From Ginkgo biloba (Eukaryota; Plantae; Ginkgophyta), in contig JANKJI020000002.1 in assembly GCA_024626585.2 (NCBI GenBank), forward strand, positions 216,440,745 to 216,479,324: a DNA stretch of 38,580 nt. The letters are read 5' to 3'. Each line of letters opens with the position of its first letter. The stretch's first letter is position 1. Positions 11,831-22,841 of the stretch are shown one piece after another. Made by a program: the position numbers and the translations under genes. The notes under the pieces were generated by a model, which was not told the origin of the DNA, did no database searches, and saw nothing but the letters and a program-made list of their open reading frames with translations.

Positions 11831-14800
11831 GGTTTTTGTGATGAATTTTAGAGACAGATTGTTGATCTTGGGTCCTTGTTTTGAGGATGATACGTACTTT
11901 GATAGTAGGTTGCAATAGTGTCAAAGATAGGAGTATGAAATCTTTTCACCGTCTTACTTATTCATACAAAGTAAGCAGTTAAATCAGGAAGGTGTAGATT
12001 CGAAAATCACATGCAAGCCATCTATGCCAGTCTAGCCAACTTTGCTCCATCCACACATCATTTCAAAAGGCGCCGTAATAATAACACAATTCATAGGTCC
12101 TCATTTACCACNNNNNNNNNNNNNNNNNNNNNNNNNNNNNNNNNNNNNNNNNNNNNNNNNNNNNNNNNNNNNNNNNNNNNNNNNNNNNNNNNNNNNNNNN
12201 NNNNNNNNNNNNNNNNNNNNNNNNNNNNNNNNNNNNNNNNNNNNNNNNNNNNNNNNNNNNNNNNNNNNNNNNNNNNNNNNNNNNNNNNNNNNNNNNNNNN
12301 NNNNNNNNNNNNNNNNNNNNNNNNNNNNNNNNNNNNNNNNNNNNNNNNNNNNNNNNNNNNNNNNNNNNNNNNNNNNNNNNNNNNNNNNNNNNNNNNNNNN
12401 NNNNNNNNNNNNNNNNNNNNNNNNNNNNNNNNNNNNNNNNNNNNNNNNNNNNNNNNNNNNNNNNNNCACACTTATCTTTGCAATCAATGATGCTCGTATG
12501 CATGATACTACTAGTGGTGTTGATATCTTGTTGAGAGATAACCCTAGTGCCAAAGAAAAGTTGAAAAGAGACCCACACCTAGCACTCTCCCTTGGCTACA
12601 AGGGGTGGAATCAAGTAAGAAGGCTACTTGATGTTGATAGTTAGAATTTATGGATTAGAGGTTTGGTTGGTAGCCAAATAGGCCCCTTTAAGTGGTACCC
12701 GACGGCCAATAGTGGATGCTAGTGTAAGTTGCCAAATCTACCCTTGCCCCTAATGGTCTAGTCTTTTAAGCCTAGTATGTGATTGTACTTGTAGCACTTG
12801 AGTAATTAATGTGAAAGAATATTTCTTTATGCATTTTTACTCCAATGACTTATCTTTCATGTAACATGTAATATTGTTAGCATGCGGGTTTAAGAGGAGG
12901 GACTGTTACAATCAGTGATGACATCTACTTCAGCATCAACTATGGCATCAACTTCAACACCCACATCGGCATTTGTATTAGTAAATTGCTCTACATTGAC
13001 CTCAATTCCACTGATCATTCTAGTCTTAGTTCTGACATCAAAAGACAACATGGCACTTAGCACCACTACAACTTTCATGATTCTATGTAGTTCTTCTTGA
13101 TGTCGAGTGGGATGCTTTCTCTTGTTATTAGGGGGCCTGAGATGTTGATGATCATTTATGTGATCGATAGGACTTGCACACACACAAGACTAGTCCTCAA
13201 TAGTTGGAAAGTTATCACCAAATGTATCTAAATGTAACTGTTTAGAAGGAGGTACCTTGGTCATTTATACAAACCCATTCTCTATTTGTAGACACCATGG
13301 TGAATTAACCTAGGCTACTTGCTACAATGGTCCTTGCACCCTATATACATTGCATCCTATTCTTATTCATAAATTTTCTACATAATTGAGTATCGTCTCT
13401 ATTCCTCGTGTACGTGCTATTCTAGGTCTGTAGCTCAGATCATTCCATTCTTCATGTCAATGTTAGTTAACTTTACCCTACATGAAAAAGCAAAAATCAG
13501 GCTTTACCTTGCAATTGAAGGTTAGTTGAAGGGTTTACCTTGCATCATGCAGCTTCACCTTGCGATAGAAGCTTAAATTTAGGTTCATCTTGCATCATAA
13601 TGTTGTTGTTGCCTAGATCCAACACTTTCAATAAGAGGCAATTGGGGTTTGTCTTTGAGCAAGACGTTGTAACTTGGATTAGTAGTTGAAGTACTCAACC
13701 ACTATTATTAGTGAAGCTTGATTGGTTCTACAGGTATTGAAAGGAGGGTTCTTGTACTAGTGATATTAGGATCGAGTTCTAATTAGCATGTTTCTAAATT
13801 GGCATAGTTGAAAGAAAGGCAACCATTGAAGAGTTAGCTAGAGCAAGAAAGAAAAAATGTGGTTGAACTTAAATAGAGTTAGAGAAAAGCAAAAACTAAA
13901 GGCTTGATCCAAAAATGATTTATCGAAGAAAGAATGGTTAGGGTGCACCAATGGAAAACCTCCATGGAGGATGTAGAAAACAACTTTCTTAGGAAATAGG
14001 AGAATCAAGTGAAGGACATAGTACAAATAGAAAACTGTGGCTACTAAAGGTGCTAGTAACCAAGAGCTTAATTAGGTCTAGAACAAGCCAATAGAGCAAA
14101 AGGAGAATGGAAGCAGTTATAGGAAAACAAGCAACTTTGTCATTTGAAAATGTGAGCGTTTGATGGCAAAGGCACTAGAGTGGAATCTCACTATTAGCTC
14201 AATAAGATTGAAAAATAATTTCGATACATTTAAGATTATTGATAGACGTAAATTGTTATTATTTTTTTTTGTTGCAAATATTATTTTCTTCTATTCACAT
14301 GGTTGGAAAAATTACANNNNNNNNNNNNNNNNNNNNNNNNNNNNNNNNNNNNNNNNNNNNNNNNNNNNNNNNNNNNNNNNNNNNNNNNNNNNNNNNNNNN
14401 NNNNNNNNNNNNNNNNCATATGTTGGGCTCTCAAATTGTTGCTTGATAACTTCACCTTTTTACTTATCATGGCTATTCTCGGTTGTGCCACAGGTTAGGT
14501 GTAGGTCCTACTTACTATTTACTTCACTCATTTTCTTGATTTTTACCCTCCTTAAGGCTTAGTTTACTTGATTTGTCTAGCTTGAAACATCTCTTCCTAC
14601 CATGCAGAGATCATTGTCCTCAATGAGGTCTTCTTCACGAACATAAGATGGTGATTATCACATGGATTTTGCAATGGGCTTGTTAGACCATTCTTCAAGA
14701 TACTCTTTTATTTCTCGACTTTGAAGCCTTCTCCTTCTTGCTTCTAATATCCTTACTAGATTGTGGATCTCTTGTTCCACTCCTTGTACATCAACAAAGG

Positions 14801-15394
14801 AGGACCTTTGATTCCTTTTCTTGCTTTATGTGTCTTACTGGTCTTTGTCATAGACAATTGTCTTGTGTCTCGTCTTGACTGACATTAGCATCAACAATCT
14901 TTGACATGTAGACTCCCTTTTAGCCCATCTTCTCCATTGTAATATTCATCCCCCTCGAAAGCCAACTTCCCCACTATGTGAATCGCCTTCTCGGCCATTG
15001 TCATGTCTCTCAGTTTGAATGATGTTGCCTTGTAAAAAAGCAACACATAAAACATTACATTGGTATAAACCTTAATAAAAATAAATAAATAAAATCTAGG
15101 CCCTTTTATTAGCCTGTGGTCACTTGAAGCCCATATGACCTCTTCTAAGATATTAATATGAAGCCCATAAATTAAGTATAGAAGTATATTAAGCATATCG
15201 TTACATCAGACTTTAGTTGAGTCCATAGATTCTCCCTTTTTTAAAAGACACAAGTGCACCTTGTATATTAAAACAATGACCTACTACATCACATATATTG
15301 CATCAAATATTCAGTGTGAATTGAACCACCTATGTTCCCATTCAAGGATGATTGGTGCCCCTTAATTTGGAATGTCGTATAAATCTTATATCAA

Positions 15395-16160
15395 CTAGAA
15401 ATCTAGCCATCGATGTCTTCCTCCTAGGGTAATATCATCCAAGATCATAGAATTGAGCAACTCCTTCACCAAAGTAGTGTTGTGCATCAACTTTGGAATT
15501 GTCAAAATCTTGTGGCTTTGAGAATTTGTGGTTAATCCCTTAAATGTTGCTTTGTTCTGGTTCAATTTGTGGCCTAGGGCCACCTTTACAACTGCTTTGT
15601 GGTAGACATCCCAATTCTTAGGGATAGCCTCGTCCACCACCACATTCTTTAACATATCCATTGAGAATATAACCTTCTCTAGACACAATGGGTTTTGTAA
15701 GTTGTTGAAATACTTTTGATCTTTCTCTGTCGAGGCAACAATAACAACCAACTCTAAGAATCGTGTGCGAAAATCTTCCACTAAACTTCTTGATTGCCTT
15801 AATCACCTTAACACACGCTGCATGCTCTGCTTTTGCTTTATGAGGAAGGTGACGTAGATCACTTACTTTTGTGAGTGATTTAGGTGCCATGCTTATCGTT
15901 ACCTCCACACGCTTCATCACTAATGCCATTTTTTTCGAATTCTGCTTTCACGCGCGTGTCGATACGGTTACCATCACGTCTTCCAAGCTTTTGCATGCTT
16001 CTTAAANNNNNNNNNNNNNNNNNNNNNNNNNNNNNNNNNNNNNNNNNNNNNNNNNNNNNNNNNNNNNNNNNNNNNNNNNNNNNNNNNNNNNNNNNNNNNN
16101 NNNNNNACAAAATCACTTCCGCAATGCGCATGAGGGTCATGGCCTCATAAACTCCTACCA
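15395..16160 (-). mobile_element. Possible retrotransposon gag remnant
   Basis: The minus frame SVEDFRTRFLELV...STEKDQKYF..L resembles the gag major-homology region. It is frameshifted and gapped. Confidence 0.35.
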
Positions 16161-17256
16161 AACGGGCGGTACATCATCAAGCACCTTCTTCACATTTGGA
16201 AACAATTTTTAATAATGTTTCTTCTAATTCCCTTCGACTTTCCTGCCTCTATTTATCCAACATCTCCTCCTTCAATGGATGAGGAGGAATCCTATCCACT
16301 TCTATTGAAGGCTCTCTTGCATTTCCTCGACTCCCACTTGAGTTGGGACTGAAATGTTAGGCCTCCATATCTACCTTGTCCTGAGCCTCATGTAGAAATG
16401 CATCTAGTCCTCTATGAATTTCTCACACCTCCCAAGACTAATGTCCAACCTTGCAGTTTAGTGAGGGTGAGACAAATAAAACCTGTAAAATTTACAAAGT
16501 CCTCCAGGTTGATGACTGGCATCCCGACAAATAATGAGATCAGGGACTGCATGGGTAAATTGTGCTCACTTACCACAAGATTCCTTCAATGGTCCCCCTG
16601 ATTGTCCTCCACCTTTGGAAGCTTCCTCCTGAGAAAAATTCATATCATCCTCATCATTCTCATCCTATGACATTATCAATTGCCTCTATTTCTGCTATAA
16701 GTCCTATGGAGGATTAGTCACCTAGTCAACATCATACAACTTTACTCATGATTGTGGAGCCTCTAGATATACAATCTTGCTCATCAACTAATAATGCAAT
16801 TATAGTTCTATATCAAGGTAGCTCCATGATCAAAATTGCAATAGACACCGTAAATAGCCATGATGGAACACTGCCAATTTGTCATCTTGTGATTCTAAAC
16901 AATACTAGCCATTACATATAAACTGTTCCTTAGAAATCTGAAACGAACATTGATGATTATTTGCACCATAAAACATTGAGACATGATGTTGCTTGATACA
17001 AATATACCCTTCATCACAAAAGAAGAAGTTCCTAGAAGATAACATCAATATACGATCACTAGAAAATCTCAGAAACATATGACATATGACATCCTAGAAG
17101 CCTTATATGTCTATATGCAAGTAGACAAATGAGACAAGTAGAACCAATGTTTAAATGTTCAAATGTTGAGGAGATACATGCCATCTTGCTGAATGCACGC
17201 GGGTGTATCTACTCTAGTAATGCTTCAAGCACGAAGTGTTTTCAAATGGAAGGACT

Positions 17257-18045
17257 TGTTATGACCTTGATTAACAAGTCTATGTAATTGCACATTAATT
17301 ATCAATAATTGGACAAGCTAGTAGTTAGGGTATTGCGTTCTTTGTGTTGAGATTGAGACCAAGATGCGTGGATTATCGAAGTATGGTATGCCAAGATGTC
17401 AAGAGACAAGAGGACTTGGTTCTACTAGAGTTGGGGCTTGTGGTTGATACTTTCTAGTAGCCATCAACTAAGGGACGAGTTTATTTAAAAGGGTGGAGAT
17501 GGTAATGACCCTTCTTGTATCTATTATAAGAACATGATGATGATTCAAATACAACACCTATAGGTCTTTTGGTGAGTTGGTTCAAGGTATTTTAGATGAG
17601 AACTCCATGGTTAGGCGAGCTCACCTTCGAGCATTGGTTGGATGGGTGACCTCTTGCGAAGTAGTGTCAATGTGTGGCACATAGAAGTTGGTATTAGAGT
17701 CCAAGGTAAATTATGTTCTTTATGTTGAGACTTAGACTAAAATGGGTGGCTTACTCAAGTACAATTACGATGGCACAATTAAGATGTCAACAAACATGAA
17801 TTCTTAGTTATGCTAGAGTTGTGGCTTGTAATTGATACTCTCTAGGAGTGTTAGACTCTAGAACGAACCTATTCCAAAGGGTGAAGATTGTAATGACCTT
17901 TGTATCTGTTATAATTAATGTATACTCATTATATTTTAGTACTTAATGTAATTTATACATTAAAGGTGTCATGAATTAATGTCATAAGTCCTAAGTGTAA
18001 ATAAGGGTCCAAGAGAGTCACTACATGGATGTCATGCAGAGGGAG
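17257..18045 (+). mobile_element. Cassandra-like non-autonomous LTR element (TRIM) in tandem arrangement, with a 5S rRNA-derived segment in the LTR
   Basis: LTR-start motif TGTAATGACC-like at 17257, 17501 and 17889. PPT-like AAAGGGTGGAGAT before 17501 and AAAGGGTGAAGAT before 17889. tRNA-iMet PBS TGGTATTAGAGT at 17689-17700. Two homologous non-coding internal domains (~17325-17500 and ~17701-17888). 5S-like segment at 17596-17662. Confidence 0.8.
17596..17662 (+). promoter_or_regulatory. 5S rRNA-derived internal Pol III promoter segment (box A, IE, box C), degenerate
   Basis: Gapless hand alignment to recalled plant 5S rRNA gives about 47/67 identity. It contains AGAACTCC, box A-like GGTTAGGCGAGC (17609-17620) and exact GGATGGGTGACCTC (17640-17653). 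The 5S 5' and 3' ends are absent. Confidence 0.85.
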
Positions 18046-20438
18046 NNNNNNNNNNNNNNNNNNNNNNNNNNNNNNNNNNNNNNNNNNNNNNNNNNNNNNN
18101 NNNNNNNNNNNNNNNNNNNNNNNNNNNNNNNNNNNNNNNNNNNNNATGAAGTGATTCATTATCTACATTCTGGCTGCAAGTAGCTTCTGTCAACTGACGA
18201 AAAACTACCTACAGTTTTAGTGCAAATAACCGCAATCACATACACATAATAATTCCAACATGATATGGTAGGCTATATTAGCAAAATGGTACTTGCAAGT
18301 TATCAATTCTTTAACTAAGCTGCTACAGTCTTCTTCGTCCATCTCCAATCACGGTCTGCAGGTATGCCTGTGGGCCTACATGGCACTTCCTATCGTCATC
18401 CATCTCACCCTTACTTGCATTTCAGGTGCAAGTAACCCCTTTGGAGGTCAAAATTGCGTCCAACCACCTTGAAACCAAGGGTCATCATTGTACTCTTGTC
18501 AGGTATACATTATTACCAAGAATCAAGAGAAATGGCTGGATGACTGCTTCAGAAGGTGTAGAAAAACTTAGAAAGCAGGACAAAAGATGGGAACAATTCG
18601 AACCCCATCAGCGTCCAACTGTGTTTTTAATTTCCCTAGTCTATTGAGATTCTTTATCAAACCCTCATACTTAGTAATAAAAGAAGGTATCTTCCATCCC
18701 TAGACTTTAATATGCATTTCCTAGGCCAGCCCCATTGATATATACAGCCAATGCTTGGAAACTCGAATCTGTAAGTTTCTACGGCAATCCACCCTTAACT
18801 TTGACTAGCTGCACTTGCAATATTCTTTGGCCATTCTTGAGCTTCCATATGAACAGTCCCAAACTTATTCGGTGCTCTCTCACAGATGGCAGTTTTGTGG
18901 ATACAGATAGCAAGGGTACAAATGATGAATGGACGTTTTATTGTTAAGATGATTTTATTAGATAGAAAGAATTACAAGCAATTCACAATAAAAACTGGGC
19001 GGAGTTAGTACACACTCAAAGTGACACCTCAGCATTTAGAACTGGACAAAGATATAGCCCCATGGGCACATACCTAAAGTACCATAATGGAAGTAGTCAT
19101 GAATGGATGCCTAATTGAAGAACACTTAGCATTAAAGATCAACTGTCAGCCATTGTTGGCTTTTTGCAATAGAATTAGAACAATTTCTATTACTATCACT
19201 ATTTATTCTTCATCATTGTTAATATCATCAGCTTTTTGCATTTATTATTTTTAAGACATTAATGGTCATTGAAAAGGGCACGAATTTGGAATTTCTTCAT
19301 ATTCTCTCCTAANNNNNNNNNNNNNNNNNNNNNNNNNNNNNNNNNNNNNNNNNNNNNNNNNNNNNNNNNNNNNNNNNNNNNNNNNNNNNNNNNNNNNNNN
19401 NNNNNNNNNNNNNNNNNNNNNNNNNNNNNNNNNNNNNNNNNNNNNNNNNNNNNNNNNNNNNNNNNNNNNNNNNNNNNNNNNNNNNNNNNNNNNNNNNNNN
19501 NNNNNNNNNNNNNNNNNNNNNNNNNNNNNNNNNNNNNNNNNNNNNNNNNNNNNNNNNNNNNNNNNNNNNNNNNNNNNNNNNNNNNNNNNNNNNNNNNNNN
19601 NNNNNNNNNNNNNNNNNNNNNNNNNNNNNNNNNNNNNNNNNNNNNNNNNNNNNNNNNNNNNNNNNNNNNNNNNNNNNNNNNNNNNNNNNNNNNNNNNNNN
19701 NNNNNNNNNNNNNNNNNNNNNNNNNNNNNNNNNNNNNNNNNNNNNNNNNNNNNNNNNNNNNNNNNNNNNNNNNNNNNNNNNNNNNNNNNNNNNNNNNNNN
19801 NNNNNNNNNNNNNNNNNNNNNNNNNNNNNNNNNNNNNNNNNNNNNNNNNNNNNNNNNNNNNNNNNNNNNNNNNNNNNNNNNNNNNNNNNNNNNNNNNNNN
19901 NNNNNNNNNNNNNNNNNNNNNNNNNNNNNNNNNNNNNNNNNNNNNNNNNNNNNNNNNNNNNNNNNNNNNNNNNNNNNNNNNNNNNNNNNNNNNNNNNNNN
20001 NNNNNNNNNNNNNNNNNNNNNNNNNNNNNNNNNNNNNNNNNNNNNNNNNNNNNNNNNNNNNNNNNNNNNNNNNNNNNNNNNNNNNNNNNNNNNNNNNNNN
20101 NNNNNNNNNNNNNNNNNNNNNNNNNNNNNNNNNNNNNNNNNNNNNNNNNNNNNNNNNNNNNNNNNNNNNNNNNNNNNNNNNNNNNNNNNNNNNNNNNNNN
20201 NNNNNNNNNNNNNNNNNNNNNNNNNNNNNNNNNNNNNNNNNNNNNNNNNNNNNNNNNNNAAAAGAATTTCTCCGTTGCTGACAAGGAGAGGAGGGCTGAA
20301 ACTGGGAATGATATTCCTTATGAAAAGTAGAGATCTCTATTTTCTTTGTACATTTTAGTTGTTAGCAATATCTATGTATGCTTGTGATCATCCTTGAAAT
20401 TAGACCATTATGGGCTAATATGTGAATTCGTTGTGCAG

Positions 20439-20605
20439 CGCAAATGCCTCATATGCTTTTCACAGGTCTTGAGGATTACAAGGCAAGAGGAACCCAAGCT
20501 TCCCCTTATTTCACTGTAACTTATTACAAGGAATTTGCTGATAGCAAAGGCTTGGTGCTTGTTCGTGGAGATATCATTTTTACTAGCAAGCTCAGTGATG
20601 CAGAG
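20439..20605 (+). CDS. ATP11: ATP11 penultimate exon
   Basis: Acceptor ttgtgcag| and donor |gtatta. Encodes QMPHMLFTGLEDYKARGTQASPYFTVTYYKEFADSKGLVLVRGDIIFTSKLSDAE, the conserved ATP11 core. Confidence 0.95.
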
Positions 20606-20778
20606 GTATTATTGGTTGATATATTATTGTAAGGAAATCAGTGAGTTGTTTATTTGTGCAAGATGGCATTAATGGTTGAAGTCCAGTTTTTTAGTTTCAC
20701 ACCAAGCTACATTCGGCTTAACTGTGCTTTGCTTGACTTTTGTTGTGTTTTGATTTTTTTAACTTGATTCCATTGCAG

Positions 20779-20916
20779 GCAAGCTGGCTTCTGGAAACTG
20801 CTCATTCTTTTTATTTGAATGATTCAAGATACAAGCTAGTTGAACAGTTCAATAGAGAAACTAGCGAGTTTGAATTTAAAGATGTTCTTCTATCACTCGA
20901 CATGCCATCAGGTTAA
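20779..20916 (+). CDS. ATP11: ATP11 last exon with stop codon
   Basis: Follows a 173-bp GT-AG phase-0 intron (20606-20778, acceptor cattgcag|). Encodes ASWLLETAHSFYLNDSRYKLVEQFNRETSEFEFKDVLLSLDMPSG*, with TAA at 20914-20916. Confidence 0.95.
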   Translation, partial: ASWLLETAHSFYLNDSRYKLVEQFNRETSEFEFKDVLLSLDMPSG

Positions 20917-22695
20917 TATTCCTTAGTTTCACAGTCGCACCATTCTTATCATATCCTGTAGGAGTGTAGTTTGTCACTTGTCAGGGTAGTCTAGTTCAGC
21001 AAATTATTGTTTCTTTTTTATACCATTCAATAAATTTTGATCTTCCCTCTACTACAAAGATAAACATAATTGGTGCTTATTTTCATTTGTTGCTTAAGAC
21101 GGTTCCTTAATGCACTTAGAGCAATTGAAAAACCAATGGGAGGCAACACAAACACTTGGGGCATACTCTAAAAGGTTAAAATTCTTGGGGTCAGCGATTG
21201 TAGATTATTGCTGGAGAAAGGCCAAGTAGCCCTTTTAATGAAAATATTTAGACAATGTCACTGATCTAGGTGAGGAAATAACAAGGTTTCTTAATGTGGA
21301 CCATGCACATCATTTCCTTTGTTGGAGCAATTAGTTGGTATAAGGGGAAGAACATTGTGAGCTTGATAGAAGATCATATGGAAGTATTTGTTTGGTGTTT
21401 AATCTAAGACAATGCATTGGGGTTGATTGTGGGCATGATTATTGGCCTAATTGGCTATTGCAAAACTAGGTACTTGTCCTTTAATTTGGGGCTGATTATC
21501 ATGCACATGTATTGTCAATTGTAGTCACAAGCCATTATATAGTCTAATAAAGAGAAACGAATATTAGTTGTGATTGCCTGCTAGTTAGAGGTTGGTCTGT
21601 AACTACCTAACCACCATAGGAGGCTACACGGAATCCAATCATTGTGATTTGTGTAAGAATCAATTTGGCGATTAGATTTGTATTTGAGAGGTGTTGGTAT
21701 GTATCTCCTAATGTATCTTCTATGAGGATATTGATGATCTTTGCAAAATTTGTCTTATGTANNNNNNNNNNNNNNNNNNNNNNNNNNNNNNNNNNNNNNN
21801 NNNNNNNNNNNNTGGGGGAGAAAGTTTTGTGCAATAATGTTAACCCTTGGCATTGTAGTAGCGTAATTGCGAAGGCAAATCCAGTCAACATGGTTTTTGT
21901 TAAATGCATGTAATGACCTCGATTAACAAGTCTTACACATTGATCGATAAATTAGTATTAGGATATCAATTGCAAAGGGTCACAAGATGAAGAGGTGTTT
22001 TTTCATAAGCACTCTTGGGAATTTGTCAACTAGTCCATAGTTGTGGCAAACAATTGCCATCTGTTATATCTTGATTGCATTCAATATTGATATATTAAAT
22101 GGCAAATTGACACATCCCAAAACAACCTTCAAGTGCCAACAAAAAGAAGTCTGTAATGTTTGAATACAAATACTGTTACAAACCATCATCCAATTTATGC
22201 ATNNNNNNNNNNNNNNNNNNNNNNNNNNNNNNNNNNNNNNNNNNNNNNNNNNTACTATCTAATTACCACATTTGAAATATATCCACTTTAGCATAGATCC
22301 AAGCAATGACAACCATTCACAACACCAACTAGCCCTAGGCCCAATTGGCTCACTTGGGATTCCCTTTTGGGTTATTATTATTAAAGAAAAAATGTAGAGT
22401 TATAAGGATAAAGACTCTAAACTTTCCAACTTTATGGTGAGCTCTCCTCCAAGCTTTTCCCATTCCTTCATTGTTCACATTGTTTAAATATGACAGAGAA
22501 GTGGCCTATGGTCTCCATGATTTTTGGCTTTTCACCTCTTATGACCTTTTATCTTTTGGCCACTCTTCCACGTTNNNNNNNNNNNNNNNNNNNNNNNNNN
22601 NNNNNNNNNNNNNNNNNNNNNNNNNNNNNNNNNCCTTTTAATTTCTTGTGCTCACTTTTGGGTGACTAGTCAACTTCTTGTCACTGTTTAGCTTA

Positions 22696-22841
22696 TAGTG
22701 GCTATTCATTTTCTAGTGATTGTTCAAATTTTGACGATTGTTTAACTTCCATTGGTCGTTCGACTTTCAATGGCCATTCACATAATGATTATTCATCTCT
22801 CGATGATTGTTCAATGTCTGATGATCATTCATTTTTTAGTG
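22696..22841. repeat. Degenerate ~18-bp tandem repeat
   Basis: Recurrent [ag]tga(t/c)t(a/g)ttca units, e.g. agtggctattcattttct / agtgattgttcaaatttt / gatgattgttcaatgtct / gatgatcattcatttttt. Confidence 0.7.

Noticed and set aside
17596-17662. Functional 5S rRNA gene
   Set aside because: It lacks the 5' ~35 nt, the 3' end and the oligo-T terminator, has only ~70% identity, and is embedded in an LTR.
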